A program made the translations under genes and the position numbers. The notes beneath the pieces are model-generated. The model worked only from the letters and a program-made list of their open reading frames with translations. It did not search any database and had not been told where the DNA came from. A stretch of DNA of 64,000 nucleotides, taken from positions 3,200,001 through 3,264,000 of the forward strand of contig CBDCTZ010000016.1 in the NCBI GenBank assembly GCA_965222375.1, read 5' to 3'. Shown piece after piece: positions 37,944-47,979 of this stretch (position 1 is its first letter; each line of letters opens with the position of its first letter). The DNA is from Polyangiaceae bacterium. GTDB taxonomy: Bacteria; Myxococcota_A; Polyangia; Polyangiales; Polyangiaceae.

Positions 37944-38537
37944 ATGACCACGACCTCCGTTCTGGGCCCCGTGTGGCCGGCGCCCATGGGCGAGATTTTG
38001 TCACGCCCTTCCCACAGCCCGCCGCAAGCCGGAGTCGATCTTTGCTCCCACGTCGACCTCGTGTGGCGCCTACTTCGGCGCTTGGGTGTCCCGCGTGAGC
38101 TCGCCGACGATGCTGCGCAGGAAGTCTTTGTGATCGCCACGTCCAAGTTGGGCCAGATACGACCGGGCAAGGAGCGCGCCTTTCTGTTCGGAGTATCGCT
38201 GAATGTTGCAGCGCGGTTTCGTCGAGCTCGAGCTCGTAGGCGAGAGGTATCGGACGAGCAGGAGCTAGAGCATCAGCAAGCTCCGGGCATTCAACCAGAC
38301 GACGCCGTCGAGCTGCGCCGAATCGGCCGTCTGCTCGACCAGGTCATGAGCGAGATGCCTGAGAAGCTCCGCATCGTGTTTGCTCTTTTCGAAATCGAAC
38401 AGATGAGCGCACCAGAGATTGCTGAGATCCTGAGCGTGCCTCAGGGGACGGTTGCGTCCCGGCTCCGGCTGGCTCGCAAGGCTTTTCACAAGGGCGTCCA
38501 GCGGGCGAACCAACGACACTCGAGGAGGCGAAAGTGA
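37944..38537 (+). CDS. ECF RNA polymerase sigma-70 factor
   Basis: VWRLLRRLGV..ADDAAQEVF; EIAEILSVPQGTVASRLRLAR. Confidence 0.93.
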   Translation: MTTTSVLGPVWPAPMGEILSRPSHSPPQAGVDLCSHVDLVWRLLRRLGVPRELADDAAQEVFVIATSKLGQIRPGKERAFLFGVSLNVAARFRRARARRREVSDEQELEHQQAPGIQPDDAVELRRIGRLLDQVMSEMPEKLRIVFALFEIEQMSAPEIAEILSVPQGTVASRLRLARKAFHKGVQRANQRHSRRRK

Positions 38538-39421
38538 CGGAACCGAAGCCGTTGAAGGGCTCCGACCTGACGAGCCTTGAGAGGCAATTGCTCGACTTTG
38601 CGCGCAGCGAGCGCGCCAACCCCGCCACGCGGCGACGCATCATCGCGAGTACGCTAGCTGCAGCAAGCGTCACCACGGGTGCGCAGGTTGGCGCCGCTGC
38701 CGCGGCGGGCACCTCCGTGAAAGTGGGCGTATGGGGCATCGTCACATCCCTGGGCATAGGCGTTGCCGTCGGGATTGTTGCCGTAGCGGACAGCGAGGTG
38801 ACCCAAGATGAGCGTGCTTACCAGGCTCCCGCTGCCGTGGCGCGTATCCAGCCTACGGTCACAGCGCCAGTTGTGACAAGCAGGAGTGAGGCACCAGTCG
38901 AAAAAGCTGTCGAGCGCTCATCCCACTCGACAGCGTCCGTTGAGCGAGCGCCGGCTTTCGGACCTTCCCGCAGATCGCGGCCGGTCAAGCGAGCGCCGGC
39001 TTTCGGACCTTCCCTCAGATCGCGGCCGGTCAAGCGAGCGCCGAATCACGGCACGCCACTCAAGAGCGTTGGTCGAAGTCGAGCGTCGTTCTCACTTCCA
39101 ACGGCGAGCGTGGTGAAGCCGCAATCGCGGGGCCTGCAAGAGGAAGTGGCGCTTGTCGATCGCGCTCGCCGGGCGTTTGAAAACGGTAACCCAGACCAGG
39201 TGCTTCGTCATGTTGCGGCCCATCGGAAGAAGTTCAGGCACTCTGCCGTGTTGGCACCGGAGGCTGCGTTGCTGGAAATCGAGGCGCTAGTGGCGCGCGG
39301 CCAGCTGTTGGATGCCGCCCAGCGTGCACGAGTTTTTGTCAGTAAGCATGCTGACGATCCTCAGTCGGATCGAGTTCGTCGGCTTCAAGATGAGATTCGC
39401 GCCAAGAGCGCGGGGCGGTAG
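38534..39421 (+). CDS. Putative anti-sigma factor (TM, linker, TPR-like C-terminus)
   Basis: GTGA overlap with the sigma gene; LQEEVALVDRAR; LAPEAALLEIEAL. Confidence 0.75.
   Translation: MTEPKPLKGSDLTSLERQLLDFARSERANPATRRRIIASTLAAASVTTGAQVGAAAAAGTSVKVGVWGIVTSLGIGVAVGIVAVADSEVTQDERAYQAPAAVARIQPTVTAPVVTSRSEAPVEKAVERSSHSTASVERAPAFGPSRRSRPVKRAPAFGPSLRSRPVKRAPNHGTPLKSVGRSRASFSLPTASVVKPQSRGLQEEVALVDRARRAFENGNPDQVLRHVAAHRKKFRHSAVLAPEAALLEIEALVARGQLLDAAQRARVFVSKHADDPQSDRVRRLQDEIRAKSAGR
38943..39043 (+). repeat. 45-bp in-frame tandem repeat (about 2.2 copies)
   Basis: RAPAFGPS(R/L)RSRPVK occurs twice. Confidence 0.9.
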
Positions 39422-39462
39422 CGAGCGGGAGCTCGTTGCGAACCAGCCAAGAAGTGAGGAAA

Positions 39463-40836
39463 ATGATGAGGGCTCGAGAAGATTGTGCGGTTGCATTGGT
39501 TGTTGGCCTGGTTGCTGGTTGCTCGACGGACGTGCCGTTGGGGGGCCCTTATGGCGCTGGCGGAAACTCCACCGGCGGAGTCGCGGGGGCGGCAGCATCC
39601 GGCGGCTCGTTGGTGACACCGACGGGCGGTAGTAGTGGGGGAGGAGGCCAGGCGGGTGCCAGTTCAAGCGGCGGCCTGGCTGGGGTTGGCGGCGGCGTTG
39701 CGGGCGCTGGCGCGGTCGCAGGTTCCGCTGGCGCCGGCGGTTCGAGCGGTGCCGGCGGCAGTTCGACAGTTGGCTGGTCTGCGATCCCGAACAGTCCCTA
39801 CTTCGGAGGGGTTGTCGGCCTGAGTTGGTCGGGTGTCGTAGCTCACGGCGCGAGTATGTTCGTGGCTGGAGGCGTTTGGGATCCGCATATCACATCGCTC
39901 AAAACCACCGGGGAGTTTCTTCGCTACGACACCGACACGAAGAGTTGGTCTGCGCTTGCGCCGCTCCCAGTCGGTGGACGCATGGATGCACCCATGGCGC
40001 ACACAGGTACGCACGTGATCCTGTGGGGCGGCAGTGGGGGTGGTGATGTTTTGACGAACCAGCAGCTCCCGCTTGGGGACGGCGCAATTTACGACGTCGC
40101 AGCGTCGAGCTGGACGACCATCAGTGCCGGTCCGGGATCGCCTGCTCCGCGGACCCGTCACGCATTCGCTTGGGATGAGGGTAGCGGTAGCATTCTGGTC
40201 TGGGGTGGCTCAGGCCCGAAGGGCGTGGCCCTGTCGGACGGCTACGCCTACAACCTGGCGAAGGGGACGTGGTCACCCCTTCCTCCTGCGCCTCTCAGCG
40301 GTAGGTATGCTTTCGCACAAGCGTGGGACCCCAAAGCGCGACGCCTTTACATTTGGGGCGGCAACGCAGCGGCGCACCCGCCGCATGCCGATGGTGCCTA
40401 CTATGATTCCGGTTCGAGTACGTGGCACTCGCTGCCCGCCGCACCCGGCGCTTTGATCGCAAGTGGACAGCAGTCCTACGGGACCTGGGCTGACGGTCGT
40501 TTCTTCGTGTTTACCAGCTATGCGTTTGGAGAGGCGGCGGCAGTTTTCGATCCCCAGACGAGCAAGTGGACTGCTGTGCCCAAGCCGCCGAGCCTACCGT
40601 ACGTTGATATTCATCGGGAGGGTGTGAGCCTCGCCGTGGGCGCCGGGCGAGTGTTCTTGTATGGCTCCTCGTCGCTCTACACGGTTGACCTGAAAAGTCT
40701 GGCTTGGCAGCGCTTGGCAGCTCCTATCTCTCGCACAGGCACGGCGTTTGCTTGGACTTCCGAGGGTCTGGCGATCTGGGGTGGCCACACATCAAACACG
40801 GTCGCGTCTCCCGACGGCGTGCTGCTCCAGCTCTGA
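39463..40836 (+). CDS. Kelch-repeat beta-propeller lipoprotein
   Basis: VAGC lipobox; repeated xWGG...DGxxY...W units. Confidence 0.88.
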   Translation: MMRAREDCAVALVVGLVAGCSTDVPLGGPYGAGGNSTGGVAGAAASGGSLVTPTGGSSGGGGQAGASSSGGLAGVGGGVAGAGAVAGSAGAGGSSGAGGSSTVGWSAIPNSPYFGGVVGLSWSGVVAHGASMFVAGGVWDPHITSLKTTGEFLRYDTDTKSWSALAPLPVGGRMDAPMAHTGTHVILWGGSGGGDVLTNQQLPLGDGAIYDVAASSWTTISAGPGSPAPRTRHAFAWDEGSGSILVWGGSGPKGVALSDGYAYNLAKGTWSPLPPAPLSGRYAFAQAWDPKARRLYIWGGNAAAHPPHADGAYYDSGSSTWHSLPAAPGALIASGQQSYGTWADGRFFVFTSYAFGEAAAVFDPQTSKWTAVPKPPSLPYVDIHREGVSLAVGAGRVFLYGSSSLYTVDLKSLAWQRLAAPISRTGTAFAWTSEGLAIWGGHTSNTVASPDGVLLQL

Positions 40837-41304
40837 AACGGCTCACCCCTGCGCGCTGACCTTCCGCAGCTGGTTGCTTTCCTTCGGGCTCGCACGACCA
40901 CGCGCCGACATCACGCAGCTACTGACCGAGGCACGGGTCTTGGCACGCCAGCTCCTCCGAGCCTTCGTGCCCAGATCCCTGTGCCCGAGCAGCTGCTGGT
41001 CCGGGCCCCAGCACTGTGGCTCGCCCTATCAAGACCAATGCTGGGTGCAGTGTGCAGACGTGGCAACGAGAGGCGTGGAAACTGGGTCCCATCCGTGCGA
41101 TGGTGGGCTCAGTGTCCACTGGTTTCGCATCTATCACTGGGCGGAGCGTCGGCTATCCCAACAGAGCCGGCGGCATGACAGCTGCTACGCTGGACCACAT
41201 GAATGGGTTCTGCTCGGCTGAGGTCGTCACGCCTGGCCACGGCCGATTTCGATCAGAGCCAACCGGATCGTCTCAGTCGTGAGCCCCAGCCTACGAGAGG
41301 AAGC

Positions 41305-41730
41305 ATGAATAAGGACAATAGCGAGATATCACGCCGCACATTTGTGGTCCTGACAATTGGCAGTGTCGCTCTAGCCGCCGCTTGCGGCTCGGACGACGAA
41401 GGAAAGCCCGGCAGCAACCCGGGCTCCGGCGGTGGCGCAGGAGCAGGCGGCAGCGCTGGAGCGGGTGGTGACGCAGGCTCCGGCAACCAGGCACCCGTTT
41501 GGACGACCGTTCCCACAATTCAGTTCGTGCAGGGCATTGCGTCGAGCGTTTCGATTGCGGAATACGTTAGCGACGCGGATGGCGATGCGCTAACCATATC
41601 CCTCAACAGCGTTCCACTACCTGCCGGGGTGACCTACGACCAACCGGGCAAGCGCTTCGTCTACGATGGCGTGGGCGCGGTCTCGACTACGTCCGGTCAC
41701 GTACTTACGGCCGACGACGGGCAAGGTTGA
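41305..41730 (+). CDS. Tat-exported lipoprotein with one Ig/cadherin-like domain
   Basis: SRRTFV Tat motif, AAAC lipobox, NQAPVW...SDADGDALT...LPAGV; GAGG RBS. Confidence 0.8.
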   Translation: MNKDNSEISRRTFVVLTIGSVALAAACGSDDEGKPGSNPGSGGGAGAGGSAGAGGDAGSGNQAPVWTTVPTIQFVQGIASSVSIAEYVSDADGDALTISLNSVPLPAGVTYDQPGKRFVYDGVGAVSTTSGHVLTADDGQG

Positions 41731-41825
41731 ACGGCCGGGCTTGGAGCGAAACAGCAGTTGTGCGGACCGCGCCAAGGCGCATGGCTCTGGTGATCTGCGG
41801 TGGGAGGGACCCCTCTGTGCCAACG

Positions 41826-41985
41826 ATCATGAGACACCTGGGCGTGGAGCAGCCGCCGCTGCCGGACGAGCTGAAGCACGACGAGCACTGATGGTCGCCG
41901 TGAACAGAGCCGCTGGCGAACTCGGCAGCAAGAAGGCGGCATGTGAAGCGCTCGGGGTGCCCAGAGCGACGTACTACCGAAGTCA
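41826..41985 (+). mobile_element. IS3-family transposase remnant (orfA/orfB junction)
   Basis: TGATG overlap at 41889-41893, then MVAVNRAAGELGSKKAACEALGVPRATYYR, typical of an OrfB N-terminus; truncated. Confidence 0.7.
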
Positions 41986-42094
41986 TACTCGTTGACATTT
42001 TCCGGGGGCCTTGGTCCAATGGCAGCGTCATCAGCGGCGCGCCGACCGAACTTTCGAGCACCACGTTCGTCGCGAGCGCCGAGGTTGAAGAGCC

Positions 42095-43141
42095 ATGCCT
42101 TTGATTCACAGCAATCCATTCGACATTGTGGTGCGAGCCCCCCCCATCGCGGAGGAAGATTGGCAGTCTCGCATTGCCGACCCAGGCGTCGTCTGGTACC
42201 ACGATTTTCGGTCCGACAAGGAAGTCGACGCCTTCCGCTGGGCCGGAGGTTTCGGAAACGACCCCAACGATACGGCACGACCGGGAACCTGCGTTCGCAA
42301 CACAACGGATGGGATTACTGGAGGCGGCTGCCTAGAGCTCATCTATCGAGTGGGAAGCTCTTCCGCTCCCGGATGGTGGCGCCCCTTCGCGCCGATGAGC
42401 GCTGCCTCGACAGGCAAAGCCGTTGACGATCCCGCCGCCAACGGAGCGCTTCCCCTGCGACCGTGGGATCCTTCATCCAAGGGCGAGAACGAGGCCTTTC
42501 GCGAGGCGTACTACGCCCATCCCTCGTACATCGGGGCGGAGGGGTTCAGTGCTGACAAGTTCGACGGTTCTGAGTTCTATCTCCAATTCAGAATGAAAAT
42601 GGATCCGAATCGCTATCTCGCTGGAACGCCACCGGCTGGAAAGCTTTCGTTCTTGGCGACAACACAGCAAACACTGAATCAAGAGATTGTACACCAGAAC
42701 ATGCGCAACCGTCGGAGCCTTTGGTATACGAACTTTGGCTCCTCACCAGACACTGGCGGTTCAATGGGTGTCTACAATGGTTCGAAGCAGCCAGGAGGCC
42801 CATACCAAGCATGCGGCACGCCAGGCGGTGCGGCCGGCTGCTGGCTCTTCAATGACGCGGAGTGGGTGACATTCCTCTATCACCTGGTGCCCGGCACCCT
42901 CGACAACAAAGACACCCTCTTCGAAGTGTTCGTTGCAAGGCAAGGCCAACTTCAATATGAGACCCTTTTCTCCCAGCTCAACACCATTGTGTTTAGCAAT
43001 CCGAGCACCGGGCACCCCCGCGGTTACAACTCATTTCAACCCTCAAACTACATGAACGGCCAACCCACGTCCGTCGAGTGGTACCAGCGATACGATCAGA
43101 TCATCTTCTCCCGATCATTCATTCCGTGCCCTCTGGCGTAG
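42095..43141 (+). CDS. Hypothetical protein, possible polysaccharide-lyase-like jelly-roll
   Basis: EFYLQFRMKMD...GKL; WYQRYDQIIFSR; aromatic-rich. Confidence 0.7.
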   Translation: MPLIHSNPFDIVVRAPPIAEEDWQSRIADPGVVWYHDFRSDKEVDAFRWAGGFGNDPNDTARPGTCVRNTTDGITGGGCLELIYRVGSSSAPGWWRPFAPMSAASTGKAVDDPAANGALPLRPWDPSSKGENEAFREAYYAHPSYIGAEGFSADKFDGSEFYLQFRMKMDPNRYLAGTPPAGKLSFLATTQQTLNQEIVHQNMRNRRSLWYTNFGSSPDTGGSMGVYNGSKQPGGPYQACGTPGGAAGCWLFNDAEWVTFLYHLVPGTLDNKDTLFEVFVARQGQLQYETLFSQLNTIVFSNPSTGHPRGYNSFQPSNYMNGQPTSVEWYQRYDQIIFSRSFIPCPLA

Positions 43142-43149
43142 GCTTGTCA

Positions 43150-44247
43150 ATGGCCAACATTAGCAGCAGTCCATTTTCGGTCGCCATCGTCGATTCAACC
43201 GCGCTTTCGCGTGCGGCTACCGCACTCAAGCCCGGCGAGTCTGCGAACGTCACTCCGAACAGTGTACAGTCGCCATTCGATATTCAATGGTCACTAGCCA
43301 CAGTTTTCTACGACGCGGCTCGTCTCGAGCTACAACACATGGGCAAACCCGCGTCGAGTCAGCCAAATGGGACTGAGTATTCGCATTACCTGTACTCAGA
43401 GCTCATGGACAAATGGACGGCTGTGGCCAAGCCGCAAGCCGAGGACTTTGGTCACATATGGTCCTACGCTTTTGATCCAGCCACCGGGGACTACTACTAC
43501 TCGATCAGCAATTCCAACGGAATTCGCCGATTTCGCCGCGCCGATGGCGTTTCGGCCAAGTCGTGGATTGTTGGGGCCGATACTGGACCGACGACCGCTG
43601 GGCAAACCCTGAGTTCCGGTGGGCTTGGGGCAGCGATTCTCGGGTGGCATCCAAATCTCTTCGCATCAGGTGTCGGTGGCGTTTTCGCCCTCGGCGCTTT
43701 TCGCGCATTTGCCTACAACCCGGCCACCGATCAGTGGTCGCTCTTGATGAATGAGACCTTCGCTTCGGGCTCCGAGTTCCGAAATCGAAGTAACGGCCAA
43801 GCCATCTACTTGCCCGGACCGGATCGCCTGGTGATCTTTGGGAAGAGTCAGGACAGCGCCGATCCCGATTACGGCTTGTGGCTCGAGGCGGGTGCCGGTG
43901 CTTCAACCAATATCATCAACGATGGCTTGTTTCTCTCGAGTAAGACGTCTCCGCCGATCCGGGTTGTCGGGGGTGGTGGCAAAGCCGTTCACGGCCATGT
44001 CACAACGCACCCCGATGACCCCAACCGACTACTCTTGCTAGAAGAACACGGTACCTCGAGAGTTTGGGATTCGACAGACTTCGGTGCCACATGGAGTTCC
44101 AAGAACTACACGCATCCATTCCAAGAAATGCTCAACGCGTCGGCCGGTGAATACATCGTGGGAACCATCGCTCCCTATGGTGTCGTCGTGGGAATGACTT
44201 CGAACAACAGTGGCGGCGAGTCCGTCATATGGAAACCCGACGACTAG
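43150..44247 (+). CDS. Hypothetical beta-propeller-like protein
   Basis: YNPATDQWS and STDFGATW (Asp-box-like) motifs; 8 bp after the previous gene. Confidence 0.7.
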   Translation: MANISSSPFSVAIVDSTALSRAATALKPGESANVTPNSVQSPFDIQWSLATVFYDAARLELQHMGKPASSQPNGTEYSHYLYSELMDKWTAVAKPQAEDFGHIWSYAFDPATGDYYYSISNSNGIRRFRRADGVSAKSWIVGADTGPTTAGQTLSSGGLGAAILGWHPNLFASGVGGVFALGAFRAFAYNPATDQWSLLMNETFASGSEFRNRSNGQAIYLPGPDRLVIFGKSQDSADPDYGLWLEAGAGASTNIINDGLFLSSKTSPPIRVVGGGGKAVHGHVTTHPDDPNRLLLLEEHGTSRVWDSTDFGATWSSKNYTHPFQEMLNASAGEYIVGTIAPYGVVVGMTSNNSGGESVIWKPDD

Positions 44248-44271
44248 TGTGCTCGAACCTTCCGCTTCTTG

Positions 44272-44514
44272 GTAACCCGTCCACGAACAACATAGCGGTT
44301 GGACCCGCAGCCCCTCTTGCTCCACGAACGCAGCCGCAGACAGCCCGGAGTCTTCCAGCGCTCGCGGCACCTCCCGCGCTCGCGCCTCGGTCCATCGCTC
44401 CTGGTCCTTCCGCGGCGCCTCGCTTGTAACCAATCCCCCATCGTCCGGTCCTCCGAACGAACGCGTGCCACTAGCCAACCCAGCCCGTCTAGACGTCGAA
44501 GGTGGATGGGTTAC
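44272..44514 (-). mobile_element. Internally deleted IS66-family element (243 bp)
   Basis: Inverted termini GTAACCCGTCCAC and GTAACCCATCCAC; TnpA-like RWTEARAREV..ALEDSGLSAAAF..EGL. Confidence 0.75.
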
Positions 44515-44521
44515 CTTCCAA

Positions 44522-44870
44522 GTGACAATTCGCGCCATTCCCATCAAGCCTACGACTGGGAACAAGTACTACTGCGTCGCCGGCACTGGTGGTGGTACTG
44601 GAACGAGCGCCTCCCCGTTTCGGGGGGCTTGCCGAAGCTAGTGCCAATGTTGCACCGGGCGATGTTTATAGGTCGCGCGACACAAACGGCAACTTCGCTG
44701 CTGCGACATTGACTACCTCGGGCGGCGAAGCAAATCACATTGTTTATGAGCCCGATGCGGGGCACTCGCCAGTGCTCGATGCTATTGAAATAGACGCTGA
44801 CCACCTCTGGATCGAGAATCTAGACTTCCGTTGGCCGGCAGCCTGGTTGGTTGGGATATCCACAATGTGA
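44522..44870 (+). pseudogene. Right-handed beta-helix (pectate-lyase-like) gene fragment
   Basis: YYCVAGTGGGTGTSASPFR, frameshift at G6 (44622-44627), then GLAEA..VAPGDV...TSGGEANHIV; early stop. Confidence 0.65.
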
Positions 44871-44998
44871 ACAGCGTGCAGTACCCAGGCTATGGCAGCT
44901 CGAGCTGCGTGGTGGAGGCCGGCTTCGTCTCCGCCATCACTGCGCTGGGCCCGGCTCTCGACATGACGCAGTAGGCGTGACGAGCAGGCTCGCAGCGC

Positions 44999-46465
44999 TC
45001 AGAGCCGGAACGGGTTCGACGATTCCACGTTGCGCTTTTGCTGGACCTTTCCGGCGCGTTCGCCGCCGGCAGTGCCGGGCTTGGGTGCCGCTTCGAGATC
45101 TTTGGCGGCCTTGTCCAGGGCGCCCTCTTGGTTGTCGAGGTCCGCCGCGAGTTTGGGTCGAGCTTTCGGCTTGGCGCGCTTGGCGAGGGTCTTGCGCTTG
45201 GCTCGTACCTGGGCGAGGGCGCGCTGCAACTTCTTTTCAGCGCCCTTGATGTCGCCGCCAGCAATGGCGCGATTGGCCTCGACCAGCGCGTCGGCACTTT
45301 CGGTGCGAGTCACGCGTGCTTCCACCTCCGCATCCAGAGGCAGGACCAGGTTGGGGTCTTTGGTCAGACCGACGTCGAGCTTGCCGCTGGTTCGTTCGCG
45401 ATTCCCCTGCGGACCGGCGTAGCTCAGTTCGACTTTGGCGACGTTCATGGTCAGGTCGTTGCCCGGGGTGGCGCGCACACGAAGCAGCACGGTCTTCTCT
45501 TCGTTTTCAGCGAAGGTACCCAGGGGCACGATGATGTCCCGACCCTCACGACGGAACGCGCGGTCCACGACTTGCTCCAGCTCCACGCCGTCGGCCAAGG
45601 CAATGCGCACTTCCGCGTTCTTGGCCGTAGTCTTCGATAGCGTGGCGACCTCTTTGTCGAAGGCTCGGGAAACGTCCGAGGGCGTCTCGGCAAAGTAGTG
45701 AGTGCCGTTGGACTCGAGGGCCAATGCCGAAAGCACACGCTCGTTGTACTCGACGTCGACTCCCACCGAAGACACCGCGCAATCCATGCTGCGAGCGCGG
45801 GAGGCCAGCCGCCGGAAGCCGGCTACGTCCTTGGTGCCGCTGGTGGGCTCTCCGTCGGAGAGCAAGAGGATGCGATCCACCATGCCGCTGTTCTGCCGCA
45901 GCGCCGCCATGCCCGCGTCGATACCGCAGGAGATGCACGTATCACCCTTCGCGCGCACGTTCGAAAGTGCCGACAGAGCGCGGTCTCGCGAGAGGCTGTC
46001 CATGCGGGTCGGGGGCAGCAACGTGTCGGTGATGGTGTCGTAGGCGATGATGCTGAGCACATCGCCATCGCTCAGCCGCCGAATCATGTTGCGTGCGGCG
46101 TCCAACGCATTGTTGAGTCGCCGCCCCTTCATGGAGCCCGAGCGGTCCAGCACCACCGAGAGGTTCAGCCCTTGGCGCTGGTTGCCTCCGGACTTGCTGC
46201 GGACCGTGGCCAGCACGTAGCTCTCGCTCTCTTGGCCGGACAAGAACGTGGCGTGGCCGAGGCGGCTCGATAGCGAGAGCGGGCCATCGATGGAGAACTG
46301 GGCGCCGGTGTTGTTGCTCAGGGCGCCCGTCGCCAGCGCGGTCTCAGGTCCGGTCTCCGGGGTGGTCGGGGCCTGCCAGCCCTTGGGCTTGGTCAGGGAC
46401 CACACCGCGGCGCTGCTGAGAATCATCCCCAGTGCCGCCATCCAGCCGATAGTTTTGACTTTCAT
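44999..46465 (-). CDS. VWA domain-containing protein
   Basis: VLDRSGSM MIDAS, LLSDG, N-terminal TM. Confidence 0.92.
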   Translation of the reverse strand: MKVKTIGWMAALGMILSSAAVWSLTKPKGWQAPTTPETGPETALATGALSNNTGAQFSIDGPLSLSSRLGHATFLSGQESESYVLATVRSKSGGNQRQGLNLSVVLDRSGSMKGRRLNNALDAARNMIRRLSDGDVLSIIAYDTITDTLLPPTRMDSLSRDRALSALSNVRAKGDTCISCGIDAGMAALRQNSGMVDRILLLSDGEPTSGTKDVAGFRRLASRARSMDCAVSSVGVDVEYNERVLSALALESNGTHYFAETPSDVSRAFDKEVATLSKTTAKNAEVRIALADGVELEQVVDRAFRREGRDIIVPLGTFAENEEKTVLLRVRATPGNDLTMNVAKVELSYAGPQGNRERTSGKLDVGLTKDPNLVLPLDAEVEARVTRTESADALVEANRAIAGGDIKGAEKKLQRALAQVRAKRKTLAKRAKPKARPKLAADLDNQEGALDKAAKDLEAAPKPGTAGGERAGKVQQKRNVESSNPFRL

Positions 46466-46582
46466 GCCCAGCTCCCTTCGCGCGAGTCAGTTGTACGCGC
46501 CAGCCACCCCATGGATTTGCTGATTATTGCCCGGATGAGGGGCGGCCGCCTCCGAGGGGCATGCTAGATTCCCGGCCACGTC

Positions 46583-47182
46583 ATGAAAAAGGCAGGATTT
46601 TGGGCATTGAGCGGGGCTGTGTTGCTAGCCTGGGGTGCGATCCCAGCTTGTGGCGGGGACTCGGATTCCGACGGAAGCGGCGGCAAGAAGGCCGTCGATG
46701 CCGGCACGGACTCGGGCGCGGGGGGCAGCTCGGGCAGTGGTGGCAGTTCCGGCAGTTCCGGCTCTGGCGGGAGCGATGCCAGCGCGACCGGTGGCAGTGG
46801 AGGCGGTGCCTGCGTGGCGGCCAACTGCCCTAGCTTGGGCCAGTTCGCCCAGGGCTGCTGCAAGCCCGACGACACCTGCGGCTACGACGGCGCGGCGATT
46901 GGACTGGGTTGCGTGAGCTTGAGCGATCTCCAAGACGGTGGCTTCGATGCGGCGATTCCGCCAGATGCGGGTGATCCGAATTGCCCGACCCTGACGGTCG
47001 CTGGCTACACGCTGCCGGGTTGTTGCTTGGGCAGCGGGTTGTGCGGCTACTTCGCACCGGTGATCAACCAGTGTGTCGACCCGGCGAGCTTGCCGCCTCA
47101 AGTTCCGGTTCCGGATACCGGCCCGCCCAAGCCTTGTGGCCCAGGCGTGGAAGGCGGCGCGAGCGACGCCGGCTCTGACTGA
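46583..47182 (+). CDS. Gly/Cys-rich lipoprotein
   Basis: IPAC lipobox; two GCC....CGY repeats. Confidence 0.8.
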   Translation: MKKAGFWALSGAVLLAWGAIPACGGDSDSDGSGGKKAVDAGTDSGAGGSSGSGGSSGSSGSGGSDASATGGSGGGACVAANCPSLGQFAQGCCKPDDTCGYDGAAIGLGCVSLSDLQDGGFDAAIPPDAGDPNCPTLTVAGYTLPGCCLGSGLCGYFAPVINQCVDPASLPPQVPVPDTGPPKPCGPGVEGGASDAGSD

Positions 47183-47979
47183 GTCGCGTTGAAGCGCAAC
47201 GCGCTGAGCCACTTGGTCGGTAGACCGAAGGGGTGTAGCAGCTGAGCGACGTAGCCCCGTGGCCACGCGTCGACCAAGCCTAGCTCATAGCGCTCGCTCT
47301 TCGAGGGCAGGTGATAGGTGCCGAACAGCACGTCGAGCCAGGGAGCCAAGTTGGCGAAGTTGTGCTTGGTCTCCGTCACCCGCGCATGGTGGAAGTGATG
47401 CAGCTCCGGCGCGCCGAACAAGATCCGCAATGGTCCCAAGGGCACTCGGGTATTCGAATGGATGAAGATTGCCCAAGCGCCGCGAAAGGCGATCAGGCCG
47501 CCAACGGCTTCGAAGGGTAGTCCGATTGCGACTGCGGGCAGGTTCAAGAACAACACCGTGACCAAGCCGTCCAAGGGGTGCTCGCGGTAGGCCGCAAGCC
47601 AATCCAGGTGCTCGACCGAGTGGTGCACGGCGTGGAATCGCCACAGCAGATCGAAACGGTGGCAAGCGCGGTGAAACCAATACACGCAGACGTCACCGAC
47701 GACGAGCGCCAACGCAGCGCGAAGCGCGAGCGGCAGCTCCGAAGACCAGGGCCGCAATCCGGAAAGTGCTGGGACACCGAACCAACGATCCACTTGTACC
47801 AACAGCAGTGCGCTGACCCCGCCGAAGACGAGGAACTGACCCAAGAAGAAACACAGATCCGTCGACCACTGCGGCCGAAAGAACGCCTGATTGCGTGCGG
47901 GAAAGGCGCGCTCCAGGCAGCCGAGCACCAGCGCCAGGGCGCCCAGATTGATGCACGCGGCAATGGCCAGATCGATCAC
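47098..47979 (-). CDS. Sterol desaturase / fatty acid hydroxylase family protein
   Basis: YWFHRACH, FHAVHHS, FIHSN and HHFHH His boxes; GTGA overlap with the upstream ORF. Confidence 0.93.
   Translation of the reverse strand: MIDLAIAACINLGALALVLGCLERAFPARNQAFFRPQWSTDLCFFLGQFLVFGGVSALLLVQVDRWFGVPALSGLRPWSSELPLALRAALALVVGDVCVYWFHRACHRFDLLWRFHAVHHSVEHLDWLAAYREHPLDGLVTVLFLNLPAVAIGLPFEAVGGLIAFRGAWAIFIHSNTRVPLGPLRILFGAPELHHFHHARVTETKHNFANLAPWLDVLFGTYHLPSKSERYELGLVDAWPRGYVAQLLHPFGLPTKWLSALRFNATQSEPASLAPPSTPGPQGLGGPVSGTGT

Noticed and set aside
40840..41300. ORFs or ncRNA in the 460-bp gap
   Set aside because: No recognisable protein or RNA structure.
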